A stretch of DNA of 64,000 nucleotides. It comes from Nemertoderma westbladi. Taxonomy: Eukaryota > Animalia > Xenacoelomorpha. Shown piece by piece: positions 48,135-61,597 of the stretch. The stretch spans positions 7,539 through 71,538 of the forward strand of contig JAUCBJ010001113.1 of the NCBI GenBank assembly GCA_032718475.1, written 5' to 3'. Both the position numbers and the translations under genes were made by a program. The notes beneath the pieces were generated by a model that saw nothing but the letters and a program-made list of their open reading frames with translations, was not told the DNA's origin and did no database searches. Every line of letters begins with the position of its first letter. Positions within the stretch are counted from its first letter, which is position 1.

Positions 48135-51100
48135 GTGAGTGATAGGGAGGGTAGTGTAGCAGAAGCGAGAGCCCGGAGCCCAGTTTCCAGACCTGTGGGT
48201 ATGGTAAGTGCCGTGGTCCCAGCGGCTGTTAGGAGTACCCGTAGTTCCCGAAATAATCCTTCAAGTCCACCAAGTGTGAGTCAGGTAAGCGAAAGAGAAC
48301 TTGACATCGCGATAAAGAAGAAACTTCTCGCGCATGCCGGACATATAACCCGGACGGCGGACAAGGTAAGGAAGATGTTAGCAGACTCAGCGAACATCGG
48401 AAGGGAAGGGTTAGTAGAGATTAGAAGAGGATACAACTCAGCGTTATTCAAACAGACGGAGGAGCTTGCAGTCCTAGCAAAGAAGGCAGTAGAGTCTCAG
48501 TCGAGCGACGTGGCGACGAGGATTTACGACAGGGTTTTAGCAGCCTTGTTGGAGCACCGCACGTTATCGGAGCGATTCCGACGAGTTAGGACGGATAACT
48601 GGCTGCTATGGGCATCACAAGTGCAGGCGACTCAGGTGAGTGACGCAGAGTCGAGAGACTTAGTGGAGCAGGAAGAAACGCAAGATAAGGAGGAGCGCCA
48701 TTATCAGAGGGAAGTTACCAGCTGGCTGATGCAGAGTGGAGTGGTGGTACCGGGTCAGGTGCTACCGACGATGGAGAATATCCAACAGAGAACGTTAACT
48801 CCACCCGACGACGCATCTAGAGACAGTGGCGATTCCCAGGTTAGTCAGGGAAAGTTATATGTGCTAGATCCCTTGTTTCTCACAACTCGGCGGAGGAGAG
48901 AAGACGCCGACTGGACGAACAACAGGCGGAAGTTTTGCGTGCATCGGAAGCACGGAAGGAAGCTGAGCGGGAACGGGAGCGCACACGTAAGTTAGACGCA
49001 AAGTTGCGAGAGTTGGAAGACAAAGGTAAGCGTGAGCAAGCGGAACGCGAACAGGAAGAACGAGAACTCCAACTCGAACGCGAACGCGAAGAACGCGAAC
49101 TCCAACTCGAACGCGAACACGAAGAATGAGAACTCCAACTCGAACGCGAACGTGAAGAACGCGAACTCCAACTCGAATGCGAACGGGAAGCTAAGGAACG
49201 CGAGCAAAGAAGACGCGAACTCCAACTCAAACGCAAGCGCAAGGAGCGCGAACTTGAGAGCGAGAGGGAGCGACGGGCGTTGTATGAAGAGAAGGCGCGT
49301 GTGGAAGAAGAGGGCGCAGCGAGACGAGTGAGGGAAGAAGAAGAACGTAAACTGGCGCAGTTGGAAAGTGCGAGATTAAACCTAGAGAGCGAGGAACGGA
49401 CTAGAAAGGCAAATGAAATCGCCGAGAAGGGGATGCGAATGATCGAAGAATGTGGGGCGAGTGTAGGGACCGAGTTGCGAGAACTGTTCGCACTGCAGAA
49501 GGCCGAACAGGAAGCGAGAACTCCAACTATACGCGAGTCGACGACGACCAGAATTCCTAAACCCAGTCCAGCTATTACGAGTACTCGGATCGCTAAACCG
49601 TTCTCTACATATCGCACACCAGTTGGTATTAGTGCTTCACCTATCGCGCAGAATCCAGCGTATCATCGCACCGCACCACTATACATGGAACGTGAGAACG
49701 AAAAGTTTAGAGGAGAAACTCCGACGGGCCGAGTATTGGGCGAACCGAACCCGTGGGTTTGGAATACGCGGACGGAGCGCCGACCCAGTTCGACGGAGAA
49801 CTTCCGGGTTAAACCGGAAGAGGGATCATATGAGAGACAGCGGATTACTCAGATAGAGCCGACTACACAACAGAACCATAGCCAGGAATTTATTACGAGG
49901 GATGAGTTAAGTGCTAGTTTAGCGTAAGCTATATCGCCGCACATCCAACCTATAACGGACATGCTTAGCAACCTACAGTTAAAGGAAGCAGCCCAGGTAA
50001 GTCTAATTCTAATCGTAGCAGGCCTGAGTCAGATAAAGTCCAACCTAGTCAACGAGTACGTATATCGGAGGCAACTATACCACATAGACCTCAGGTAAGG
50101 ACGCCTGTCCCAACTATCCATAATCCCGATTTAGAAAATTCGGCGGAGAAATTTATACAAGATGCCTGGGTCAGGGCCTCGGCGCGCAAACCATCGCGAG
50201 CGCTAAGGACTGACACAGAATCGAGTGATAAAGAGGAAGACATGAGACGTCAGAAGTCCCGAAACTATAAGGAAAGAAGGACGGATGCGGAGCAGGTAAG
50301 TTTGAACCACCAGGAAAGGACCAGACTTAACAACCCTGCGGAACTAAACCATTTGTTAACCCGGAACGACGCAACCCTTAGGGACATAGGTAAGTTTGCT
50401 GCTAGGCAAGGACTGCCGACGCAACAACCCCAGAAGTTTATGGGTAACCACAAGCACTGGAGTACGTTCAAAACCTATGTCGACGAGCAGCTAACCAACA
50501 GCACCTTTACTCCCAACGAGAAGTTCAACTATTTGCTTCAGATGCTCCATCGAGAACCTAGAGCCATTGCTGACAACTTCGTCGGCAATGAAAGAGCATT
50601 TGAGTTGGCAATGAAGATGCTTAGCGACATCTACGGGAATAAAACCAAGATGGCACAGTCGATAGTAGAAGACTTGGGTAAGGGCAGAAAGATTACAACT
50701 CCGTTAGAGCTGTTGAACTTAGCGAACGCTATTTCGAATGCATTGGACATCTTGAAGACGGTGAATCTACCTCATCATGGTGATCACGCCGAAGTTTTGA
50801 AGAGTGTAATAAGATGTTTAAACATGCGTTACCGACAGAAATGGCGCAAATTAGAGAATAAGTTGGAGGGTCAAGGTAAAGTATTGACACTTCAGCATAT
50901 TCATGACATGATAGCCACAGACGCAGTAGCAGAGATGAAATCAAACTTCTCCGAGGAGAATATGAGAGAGTCTAAACCTGTTACCAGTAAGTCTATGGTA
51001 AGTTTTGACGATGACAGGACCACTGTGACTTATAACTCAGTAGACAGATATAATTCGAGTACCCCAGCCTTTAGATCAGACTCGCGAGTATGGTCAGGTG

Positions 51101-54100
51101 AGCGGTTAGATAGACCTAGGTTAAAGCAACAGGAGTTGCCGGATGGATTTATAGGTTGCCAATACTGTTTACTAAAGGAGGTAAGATCTGACGACCATAA
51201 GTTAGATAGTTGCAGATGGTTTAAAGAATTAAATTCGGAACAGAGAAGAGTTCAAGTGCGGACGTTGGACACCTGTTGGGCATGTCTTGCGCCAGGTCAT
51301 GTATGGCGGCAGTGCCCGAACAGCAAGGACGGATGCATGGAATGCGGCAGACTACATCACAAGTTGCTACATGCGGATTTCCATACCCCAACGGACCGTT
51401 ACTTACAGCGAAATCCTCACAGGAAGGGGAGCAAAGAACCCGTATCGATAAGGAGGAATACGTATACCGGCATCCAGGACAATGGTTATCAACCAGGTTC
51501 GTCGGACGAGGATGGCGAGTCGAGCGCAAGAGAGGTGACCTGCCAAGGTTTCACCGCGGATAGTTCATCGACCAGCGCGCGGACGTATTTATCATCGGCC
51601 ATGTCAGAAACAGTTAGCGTGATTCCGGTGAAACTTACTGGAGATAAGGGATCTAAGCGAATATATATGATGTTGGACACTGCGTCCACATTATCGTATA
51701 TCGACGAGGAAGTGGCGAGAGCCGTTTCTAGCTACCAGGATGCTGAGGAAATCCAAATAGAGTTGAAGTCTATGCATGGGGTAGGAGACCTCAAGGGACA
51801 CAGAATTTCGGTAGAACTAGACTCCCTACTTCTGAGAGACCAACACACTCGACAAGAACGAAGAGCTTTGCCATTGGACGGATTTAAGTGTCTAGCTAAG
51901 AAGGGATTCGGCAGGCAGTTAGGTAAGGTGCCGCCGATGAGTCCCATACCACAGGAGTATTTTGACAAACTCAGAATACCGAGACACCAGGTAGGTTATA
52001 GGAATGTTTCTATGTTGATTGGTGCAGAACAGCTGATCGCACACCAAATATGGGAAACGAGACCAGCTGAGCCGCATGTCAATGGACCACATTCCCATAG
52101 GACCATACTAGGTTGGTATACAAGAGTACCCATGTCTTATGAGTTTACAGGTGGCGACAAGCCAATAGACAGATACGACGAATTACAGCCTATAACTCAA
52201 CCACCGTTAGTAGAACCACCAGACATAGACGAGTTTAGGAGAACCTGTATTGACCACTATAGTGACTTTAGCGAGTCGGACGAGGAGTTGATTCCCGATA
52301 ATGTTAGGTTGTCGGAACCACTTCATAACGACCGGACAGATAGTGAACCCGAGGACTACTGTTATCAGACCCGTGGGTCTGGTTCAGCGGCCCACGCTAC
52401 CTATTTGAGTAACGTTTTGACTTATACCGACATAGTGGAGGGTCAAGTGGCTAAATATCGAGACCTAGACATTTTCCAATACAGTGAGGAGGAATTACAG
52501 AAGGAATTGATACGCCAGGACCTCGAGACAGGAGCTAGAACCATTGAATGGCTGGATAGGGACGCAATGGAACCCGGTGGATATGACCTAGCCATGTCCA
52601 CTGATGAGAAACGGTCACTGGAGATGATGGAAGATACCATACGTCTGCTACCGACTGGACATTTTGAAGTTGGAATGTTGTGGCGTTGACAACCTCCTAA
52701 GTTGGAGAACAACTACAACTTAGCCTTGAAAAGATTGAACGGAGTAAGGGCCCGGTTGTTGAAGAATCCGGACATTAGGGAGAAGTATTGCGCCCAGATC
52801 AACAACTATTTTGCCAAGGGATTTGCTGGGAAGGTAGAGGACCCTGACTTAGTGACAGACCAGACTTATTACCTCCCACACCACTATGTGACTCACCCTG
52901 ACAAGCCAGACAAAGTCCGAGTAGTCAACGACTGCGCAGCAGTCTACAGAGGTATGTCCCTGAATTCAGAGTTGATGGATGGTCCCAACCTGAAGAACTA
53001 TTTGATAGGAATACTGTTGCGTTTTAGACAGCGTCGATTCGCATTTACTTGTGACATCGAGGCGATGTTCCACCAGGTAAGAGCCTGTAAGGCAGACCAG
53101 GATAGCCTTCGATTTCTCTGGTACGAGAATGAAGACTTATCCGGCCCAGTGGTTACATACCAAATGTACGTTAGGATATTTGGCGCCCGCGATAGTCCGA
53201 ATGGCACACTGTTTGTTCTAAAGAAAACGGCAACAGCCCAGATTGGTAAGTATCCAGTAGAAGTCATCGAGTCCATCATGAGAAACTTCTATATGGACGA
53301 CGGATTGGTGTCCAAGGACATGGCGGAACAAGCCACAGAAGTGGCTCACGGCCTGCAAGAGTGCTTGGCTACAGGGGGTTTTCCTCTAACCAAGTTCACT
53401 ACGAACTCGGAGGCCCTATTAGAGTCGTTCCCGGTAAAGGATCGCGGGAGCGGAGACATTGAATTGGGGGTAGAACCCATCCCCATGGCGCGAGTACTGG
53501 GACTCGCTTGGAATCCGAACACAGATAAATTCCAGGTGAGAGTTAGGTTTGAACCCAGTAGCCCAGACAAGGTTTTGACTAAGAGAATTTGCTTATCGAC
53601 TGTAAATAGACTATTTGACCCGATGAACTTTATCAGTCCGGTAATATTACAGGCACGAGCGTGTATGAGGAAAATTTGGTTGTCCGACTTAGAGTGGGAC
53701 GAACCAATATCTCCTATACATGCGAAGCAGTGGAGAGAGTGGGAGGCCGAGTTGCATCTATTGAAAAATATAGATGTACCCCGTTCCTACTTTCCGAATC
53801 AGCTGGTATTCCCAGCTGATCTCGAACTCCACTTGTTCAGTGACGCAAGTGACACTGGATTTGGTATGGTAGCCTACCTTCGCCGAGAGGTGAGTCAGGA
53901 TAAATTTGAGACGGCCTTTGTGACTTCTAGATCAAAGACAATGCCGGTCAAATATATGACTGTCCCTCGTGCAGAGTTACAGGCGGCTGTAGTTTCAGTC
54001 GAGGTAAGTAAGCAGATAACAGAGGAATTAGACACGACATTGACCTTATTCTATTGGACGGATGCATCCTTAGTGTTAGTATACATTGCGGCCAACAATA

Positions 54101-54518
54101 TTGCACTAAAGACATTTGTGGCCAACAGACGCGCTCAGATCGTCGACTTTTCGACGAAGGAACAATGTAGACATTGTCCGGGAGTGTTGAACCCGGCCGA
54201 CATAACTTCGAGAGGTGCAATGCCGGCGGAATTCTGTCAGGAAGAGTCGCAGGAGTTTTGGTTGCATGGACCTGATTTTCTAACGAGGACACAGGAACAT
54301 TGGCCAGAGCGACTAAAGATAGTGAACAATCCGATGCCTGAAGATGCAGAAGTCAAGGTGGAGAAAGTCTCTAAGTCGAAGTCTAAAGCCAAACTTAAGT
54401 CATTGGAGCGGCCTGAAGAGTCATTGGAGCGGCCTGAAGAGTCATTGGAGCGGCCTGGAGACCTGTCAGAACAACAGACTTATGTGACTACTAGGTCCGG
54501 AAGGGTAAGTTATGACAT
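48135..54518 (+). pseudogene. gag-pol: Family C gag-PR-RT-RNase H (stops and frameshifts)
   Basis: ERELQLERERE coiled-coil repeats; FMGNHKHWSTF...KFNYLLQML; CWACLAPGH...CMECGRLHHKLLH; MLDTAST; CDIEAMFHQV; FYMDD; FSDASD; PRAELQAA; NPADITSRG. Confidence 0.9.
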
Positions 54519-55562
54519 AAAACGAAGTTAAAGAAGGTAACTAAGTTTGAAGTCACTAGTAATGGACATAAGATTGAAAATAAAAAGGAAGTTAAATATT
54601 TAGGCGCCACATTGGATAACTGCTTATCAGGAGAAAGTACAGTGAAAAATATTTTCTTGAAAGTTAACAGTAGGCTTAGGTTTCTATACAGAAATAAAAA
54701 TAGTTTAAATACCGACTCCCGCAAGTTACTTTGCTCTTCTTTAATACAGTGTCACATGGACTATGCGTGCTCTTCTTGGTATGAAGGCTTAACCAAACAG
54801 CTTAAATGTAAATTACAAGTAGCTCAGAATAAAGTAGTACGATTTATTAAAGACTACAAACCTAGGCACCACCTAACTCCAGATGACTTTTCTGAATCTG
54901 GACTACTTAACTTAGATAGTAGAGTTAAGCAGCTACGCCTTAACCATGTGCATAAAGTGTATAATGGTAAATGTCCCAATTACCTAAAACAAAAATTCAA
55001 CAGAGTACGCGATACACACTCTTACAGTACCAGAGCTAGTGCTTCAAACTTCTACCTCCCGAATTGTAAATCCTTTGAATCTGATACTTTCTTTTTTAAC
55101 GGCATAAAAAATTGGAACGCTCTGCCTAATGAAATTAAAAACCTAAATAATCAACATTCTTTTAAATCTGCAGTTAAATCTCATCTCCGTGTGCAATGTA
55201 AAAATAGGTACAATAGTCCTACAGTAAGTTATTAGTTTATTAATTATTTACTATTTATACTGTAATTACGTTTCATAATAAATTGTTCTGTACATTACAT
55301 CTTTATCGTTGAGTCGGACATTGTCACGCTCTCGGTAAAGTTGTACATGTACATAGTGTAATTACGTTTTATATTGGTTTTAGGTTAGCGTAGTGTAATA
55401 TTGTATTTGTAACCAAGTAACATAAAGGACCCCCTTGGAAATAAGCTGCAAAGCTTTAGGGGTAATCCTATATGTTATGTTGGACAATACCTTTATACCG
55501 GTACATTGTTTGGTGTATTTGTTATTGTTTTTACATAATGTATAAATAAATCTATCTATCTA
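54519..55562 (+). mobile_element. 3' fragment of the same CR1/L2 family as 38839-41650, replacing the integrase core of family C
   Basis: Near-identical to 40617-41650; (TCTA)n tail. Confidence 0.92.
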
Positions 55563-55873
55563 CCATATCTACCAGAACAAAGTGGTACAAAACGGTTCGG
55601 AGTCTCTAAAGAGGAGATTACGTATTGATAACCGAACTGATTGTCAAGAGAAAGTATTGGGAGACGGGAGTGATCTTGCATATACACCCAGACATGCAAA
55701 ACATAGTGTGCACAGTCACTGTGAAAATTAGGGGCAAGTGTCCGCACCCAAAGAAGTGTAAAACTAATGGTTTACACACCTTGGACCGACCGGTCCAAGA
55801 TATCGTGTTATTAGAGGAGACACGCATCGAGACTGGAGATTATAATTTGTCTCCTGCCTCAAAACAGAATTAG
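55563..55873 (+). pseudogene. Integrase C-terminal remnant of family C
   Basis: RTKW...KYWETGVI..IHPD...V.TVTVK...RPVQDIVLLE matches the pol C-terminus of family A. Confidence 0.75.
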
Positions 55874-56645
55874 TGTTGGACGCAACTCACTTCGTATGCA
55901 TTCCTCGTATGCAAATACTGGGAAATGCATAGGAGCGGGTTTGTGGTGATTTGCGTTGAGTTTGTCTGGTGGGTATCAAAACAAAAAATTTATTTTCAAA
56001 ATTTTGGAAAATTAAGAAAATTTTAAAAAATTAGAAGTGAACCCAAGACAATTCCAGACGCTGTGTATAGACGCGTTTTAGAATTCGTCTATAGATAAAC
56101 AGTGCAGTAATTTGAAAAGTCGTGAAGCCTGGAAAATAGCATTGAGAAACCATGGTGATGGCTATATTACGTAGGAGTGTAAATTGAGTTTAGCAACTTC
56201 CACAGATTGGTGCCAACAGTACAACTAAGGTGCTAAAGGTTAGTAGCACCAGGGCGTACGCGGACCCCACTCAGTAGTTTGCAGTGAAGTGTGATGTTCG
56301 ATTATCAAACCTGTGGGTTTGGTATAGTCGAGTATTGAGATTATGGTCCTTTCTAACTACTGTAGTTTAGTACAAGTAATGGGAGTAGTTTGGGCATCAA
56401 AAAGTGAGTTGGTCACAGCCAGTTTACCTCCAAAGTTTTTGCGCTATGCATGGGAATAGGTTAGAGGATAGTTAGGAATGAGACGGGATCTAGAGAGTCG
56501 AACCCGAACTGCTGTAAGGCGGGGGGGGGGGGGGGGGGGGGGGGCTCAAGAGGTCTGTCCTTCGGCGACATCTAACTGATTTACCCACAGTGTAATTAGT
56601 TACGTAACGGAACCTTATTGGGATATATATGTATATACGCGCATA

Positions 56646-59600
56646 ATGGAGAAGGAAATTAGAGCGCAACCGCGGAGAGAATTTACTGCCAGAGAGGAGG
56701 CAGAGCTGCCATTTGCCCGACCGGGATGTAAAGATTCGAATGTTTACTACCACGGGAGGTCGGTGATGGAGCTAAATGGGAAATATAAACCAGCTTATGA
56801 TAAAGAGTTAAGGAGGGAAAGAATGAGAGCGTTGGGGGACCGTATGGAAGTTTTGCGCTCGGTATCCCTATGATTTCGCGTTAGACGTGTGCGACATTAG
56901 CGAAGACCCGGACGAGGAGATTGCGCGGCTGTACCACATGAATATGTATTTACGACACGAAGAGCCGCTACCTGCAGTCCGAGATCAGTTCGACGGAATG
57001 CATCTGTATCGGAGGACTCGAGGCAAGGATCAAGAGACGTCGAAGGTCTTCAGTCCGGATTTGTTCCACAGGCCGTATCTCAACCCCGACCGGTGTATTA
57101 TTCCGACGGCAACGAACCTGCGATATTGGTAGATCACCCGGAGTCGCGAGAAGCGATTAGATTCTTGTCGATGGTGAGGATGTCGGATCATTGGAACGTC
57201 GACAGTCTACGGGAAGTTTTATGCGCGAAGTTCTTGCATGATGTCCCGATGCAGATCACAGACTACGACACATTGGATAAGATTGGAGCTCCGGGAAAAG
57301 AGAGTAAGTTATTTGGATGGTTAGACAAGTACATCAAGGTATGGGTCGCGGTGGCTACATTCCCAGATGACGAGGAGGTAGACCAGGCGTGGCTGAGGAG
57401 AAAGGGATCTTACACCCGATATGACGACCACAAGGCTATCGAGCGCATGTGGACCCCATCCGACGAGATTCAGCGTCAGTGGAGGAAAACGGAGGAATCA
57501 CTGCAGGATTGGAGAGTGATGTTTTACGACAATGAAGGAGGGTCTCATCAGGAATGCTTGACTAGTAAGTGTATTCAAATTCGCGCGGCCGATGGTGTAA
57601 CTCATGTGTTTATGCGCGTAAGGGCGGATAGAGAGAGACCGGAGCCCATAATCACAACGCAATATCGGAAGGGGAAGGATCCTAGGGAACAGATTTTGGA
57701 GGTATGCAGGCGAGGAGGTATGCACGGAGCGGAGCGTATCGACGCCAGGATGCTACCCAAGAAGGTTAGAGAGGCGATTCTTAGCCAAGATTATGTCAAG
57801 GTGGGATCGGGAGTCCAGAGTGATTTGGAGAGTGACTTCAACGCCATGACTGATTTAGAAGATAGATTGCCGAGACCGTTTGTCGACACCAAGCTATTGT
57901 TGCTATGGGCACAAGACATGGGAATTTATAGGGAGTATCCCAACTCTGCCAAGACTGGTATGGGCTTCATAGCACATTTATTGTATAATTGGGACTTCAA
58001 GTTGAAGACGCAGAAGAAATACGAGGAGGCGTATGGTGAATATAACACGCCACCGGGAGCGGAGTTCAAATCCCACTTCAAGCGGCAAGCGTTAGTGTAT
58101 TGGAACATATGCGCGCCACCCCGTGCGTCACTACAATATTATTTGGTGCTTGAGTCGAACACGGTAACTTGTTTATTAGCGGATATCGTTGCGCGAGTTT
58201 TGAAGCGTCATCCATTGGTGTTCGGAGGAGATCAATACGTTCGCTCGAAAGGGGGAATCCAATCCGACGTGATGAAGCGTTTCTTAACCCCGTTCTTCAA
58301 CCAATCGCTAGAGAATACGTCGATGGTTAGGAGAGGATTAGCAATATTCGAAGGGATATATCGACAGAATATCGGAGATTTGGGAGACCGACCGTCGATG
58401 GAGTATCCGACGCCAGAAGCTTTGGAGAAGTGGTTCGGGAATCAAACCCGCGGGTTTGGTACTCCCTTCCACTCGGAGGCTGATAGACCTGTTAGAGAGG
58501 GTTGGCCGGAGACGTTAGTAGAGGTGTTTGGAGTAGATCTTCCGGTGGAGAAGACATATCCGAAACGAACGCGGGAGGAAATATTGGAGATAGAGGACAA
58601 GGGCGAGGATGTTTACTTCGTTCCGGATCGACAACCGCTGACCGGAGAGGACGACATCGTATTAGACATTGGGAAAGAAGGAAGTGCGAAACCGATTGGA
58701 GACCTCATATATGAGAGGGCCTGGTTTCCACAAGCGCGTAGGTGCAAGTTGTGCGGCAGCACAAGGCACAATCAAAAATCGTGCGACGCGGTAGTGGAGG
58801 CGGCGCATAAGGTCTGCCGTTGGTGCAATGAGACCGACCATTCGTTTCATACGTGCACCGTTTTCATTTCTCAATGTGGATATTGTGGAGTAAAGGGACA
58901 TCGTAGCGCGAGATGCCAACTGCGAGACGATTCCTTCCAGAACCATAGCGCTAACCTACTTCGGGAGATGCTAGATAAGTGGGAGAGTGTGGCTGACTAC
59001 CACATTCAAGCGCAGATGCGTTGGTTACCATTTAAGGCGGGATATGGATTTTGGGCGGTAGACCCGTCACATGTTGCGTACGAACCATATCTACAGTCGC
59101 TACCACAATATCAGGAGCTCATCCTAACTGCTCAAGACCTTCCACAGAACACTGGAGTCATAGTCGTTCGGGAATACTTCAGACAACTAAATATGGACAA
59201 CAAGTACACTTGGAACTTTGTTGCTATTTGCGACCGTATTACAAAGGGTTTGTTTTCGGAAACTAGGAAAGTGGTGCGCGCGCGAGGAGATTGGAGGATG
59301 GCGGCTATTCAATACCGCAACGAATTCCTGTTGACTCACGTACCAGTGGGGTCGTTGACCGCTCAAAGGATCGAGGAACAGCGAACCGCAGCGCCCACAA
59401 CGACGACCGTTGGAGCTCAAGGCTCACGGAAGGAACCAGGAGGAGAGGTCCAAGACAAGCGTCAAGTCAAGGACGACCACTATCACTCGATTATAGAGGC
59501 TCAGCGATTGCAACGCAAGGCGCAGGGTGCGTCGGAGAAGGCGCGGGTGCAATTGCAGAAGGAAGAGTTGGCGGAAGCGACCACAGGAGCACGACAATCG

Positions 59601-59783
59601 GGACGAGGCCGAGGGAGAAGCACGAGCCGGGAATCTGTCGGAGCTCGGGGAACATCGTCGCCGGTTCCGGGGAGTGACGCCTCACGGACCACGTCAACGG
59701 AGTCAACTGGAGGACGATTGGTGTATCTGGGTAGGGGGCGAAAGAGAGGAGCGAGCCCGAAGAACCCAGGAGCGGGTCAGTAA
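56646..59783 (+). CDS. Family C ORF3: DEDDy-like (WRN/RNase D family) 3'-5' exonuclease + 3 CCHC zinc knuckles + basic disordered tail; 5' part frameshifted, 57093-59783 open
   Basis: ExoI MFYDNEG; CIQIRA; LPKKVREAILSQDYVKVGSGVQSD (ExoII); FVDT; GMGFIAHLL; YW...QYYLVLE (ExoIII-like); CKLCGSTRHNQKSC, CRWCNETDHSFHTC, CGYCGVKGHRSARC. Confidence 0.75.
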
Positions 59784-60288
59784 TGCATCGTATCACGGGG
59801 CGACAGACTCTAGATATATACATCATCGTCGCTCTGATGTATATTGTAGCATTTGTAAATATCCGACTTGACTCATATACACTAGTCGCACTGATTTGGA
59901 TTTATATTATGAGAGAGGCGAAGGAGGTGATTGGGGAGACAAACCTGCGGGTTTGGCTTACTCCTTTCACCTGCCCTAGCAAAATTTTTTATAATTTGAA
60001 AGTATTTTTGTAAATTTAATTTGTATGTAGTAATCATTATGTAGAACGAATGAGAAACAGTATTTTGTAAATTTAATTTGTATGTAATAATCGTTAACAT
60101 TGAGAGAGATAATATTTTGTAAAATTAATTTGTATGCAATTCATTATGCAATATCTATGGCAATATTTGTAAATAGTATAGTATCAAGATATTTAGATTA
60201 TTTGAAGGAGATTTATTTTATTTTGTATACATCGCCTTACACTCTTCTACAATTGGAGGGAAACATTGCATGATTTCCCTTGGAGCGG

Positions 60289-61597
60289 TGTTACGGTATA
60301 TGGCGCTGTACCTACATTATGTAATACATTAGTCCGTTATACAGTATAATATGTTAGTCCATTATACAGTATAATATATTAGTCCATTATATAGTATCAT
60401 ATATTAGTCCGTGATGCAGTATAATTATTTAGATAAGACATAATGCGCAATGATATTTAGATAAGGAAGTTGAAACGCCCATATATTTTGAACTCATCCA
60501 TTTTGTATAGTATGTAGCCCTACCTATGTAGTTTTGTAATAGGATATAAGTAGATAGTTCCAGGGTAGCAAGTCCTTGTTGGACCCTGGATCTGGGCTTG
60601 CCGTTATTAGCCTTGATGAGGCTAGCTATTGGTTTTAATTTCTCTATAATTGCGCTAAATTTATATTTGTGCATGATATTATTAGTACCGCCAAATTAAG
60701 CATCGGGAAAATTACCTTTTATGGTGGCAATTTACGATTTCAGGGAGCTATAGGCCCACAATCCGGCTCTCTTATTGGCCTAACTGCTTCCAGGTTGGTC
60801 TAATGTTAGCTCGGATTGGGGAGCCAATGAGAGATCGATTGCATCACCCTTCTCAAATCACCTATAAATTGGCCTACTTCCATTGTTACCTACATTCTGC
60901 TTATCACACATCCTTAGTCATCCATTCCACACCCACACAGCTCACCTTCAACTATTATTCGATGCTTAGTTTTTCTGTGTAAATTACTGCCCCTTTTTGA
61001 TTTCTTGCAATGATTCGTTAATTTGCAATTTCTGTTTGATTCTTGTTTGTGTTTCTCAATCAATCTCAATGATCGCTGTTAATTACAAGTTGGAACTATG
61101 ATTTCTACCCCTTAGTAAATGGTTCTATGTGATTCCTTTCGACAATAATCCTACGGGATTTCTCAGACTGTCAGACTTTTGTGATTTGCATGTGCCGCTA
61201 CGGTAGCTACTCATTCTGATGGAGGGCTAGGGTACCGGTAAGCGCGGCGGGCGCATCGGGGGGTTAGCGACGACGGGAGTGCGGAGGATTCAAAGACAAG
61301 CAACATTGGGGGGATTACTATTGCGCGCGCAAGTTTGCAGCGTAGAGTGGGTCAGGTACGCCGGTTCGGCAATTAGGGGCTGATGATCCAGGTTTTGTCT
61401 CTATTTTGTAGTATTAGGGGGACAGGAATTGGGTTAGTTAGGAAGCCTAGACGTAGCCGGGAGAGATCTGCATCCTTTACATTGCGAGTTGCGAGTTGTG
61501 AATTGCTAGCTAAACTGTAGATTGCGATTGTTGTTATGCTGATTGGTGTGTTACTAAAGTGTGCCTAATGAATCACGAATGCTTGGATAGGCGCTCT
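60289..61597 (+). repeat. Probable 3' LTR of family C (right end not defined)
   Basis: TGTTAC start after the purine tract; ~25-bp tandem repeats at 60325-60425; CCAAT (~60824) and TATAAA (60863) boxes. Confidence 0.55.

Larger units (their letters stand above)
48050..61597 (+). mobile_element. BEL/Pao LTR retrotransposon family C: gag-pol, extra ORF3 and probable 3' LTR; 5' LTR not identified
   Basis: Pao-type gag/PR/RT/RH motifs, integrase C-terminus, and purine tract GGAGCGG followed by TGTTAC at 60289. Confidence 0.8.

Noticed and set aside
60325-60425. CRISPR-like repeat array
   Set aside because: Head-to-tail ~25-bp units without unique spacers, in a eukaryotic LTR-like context.
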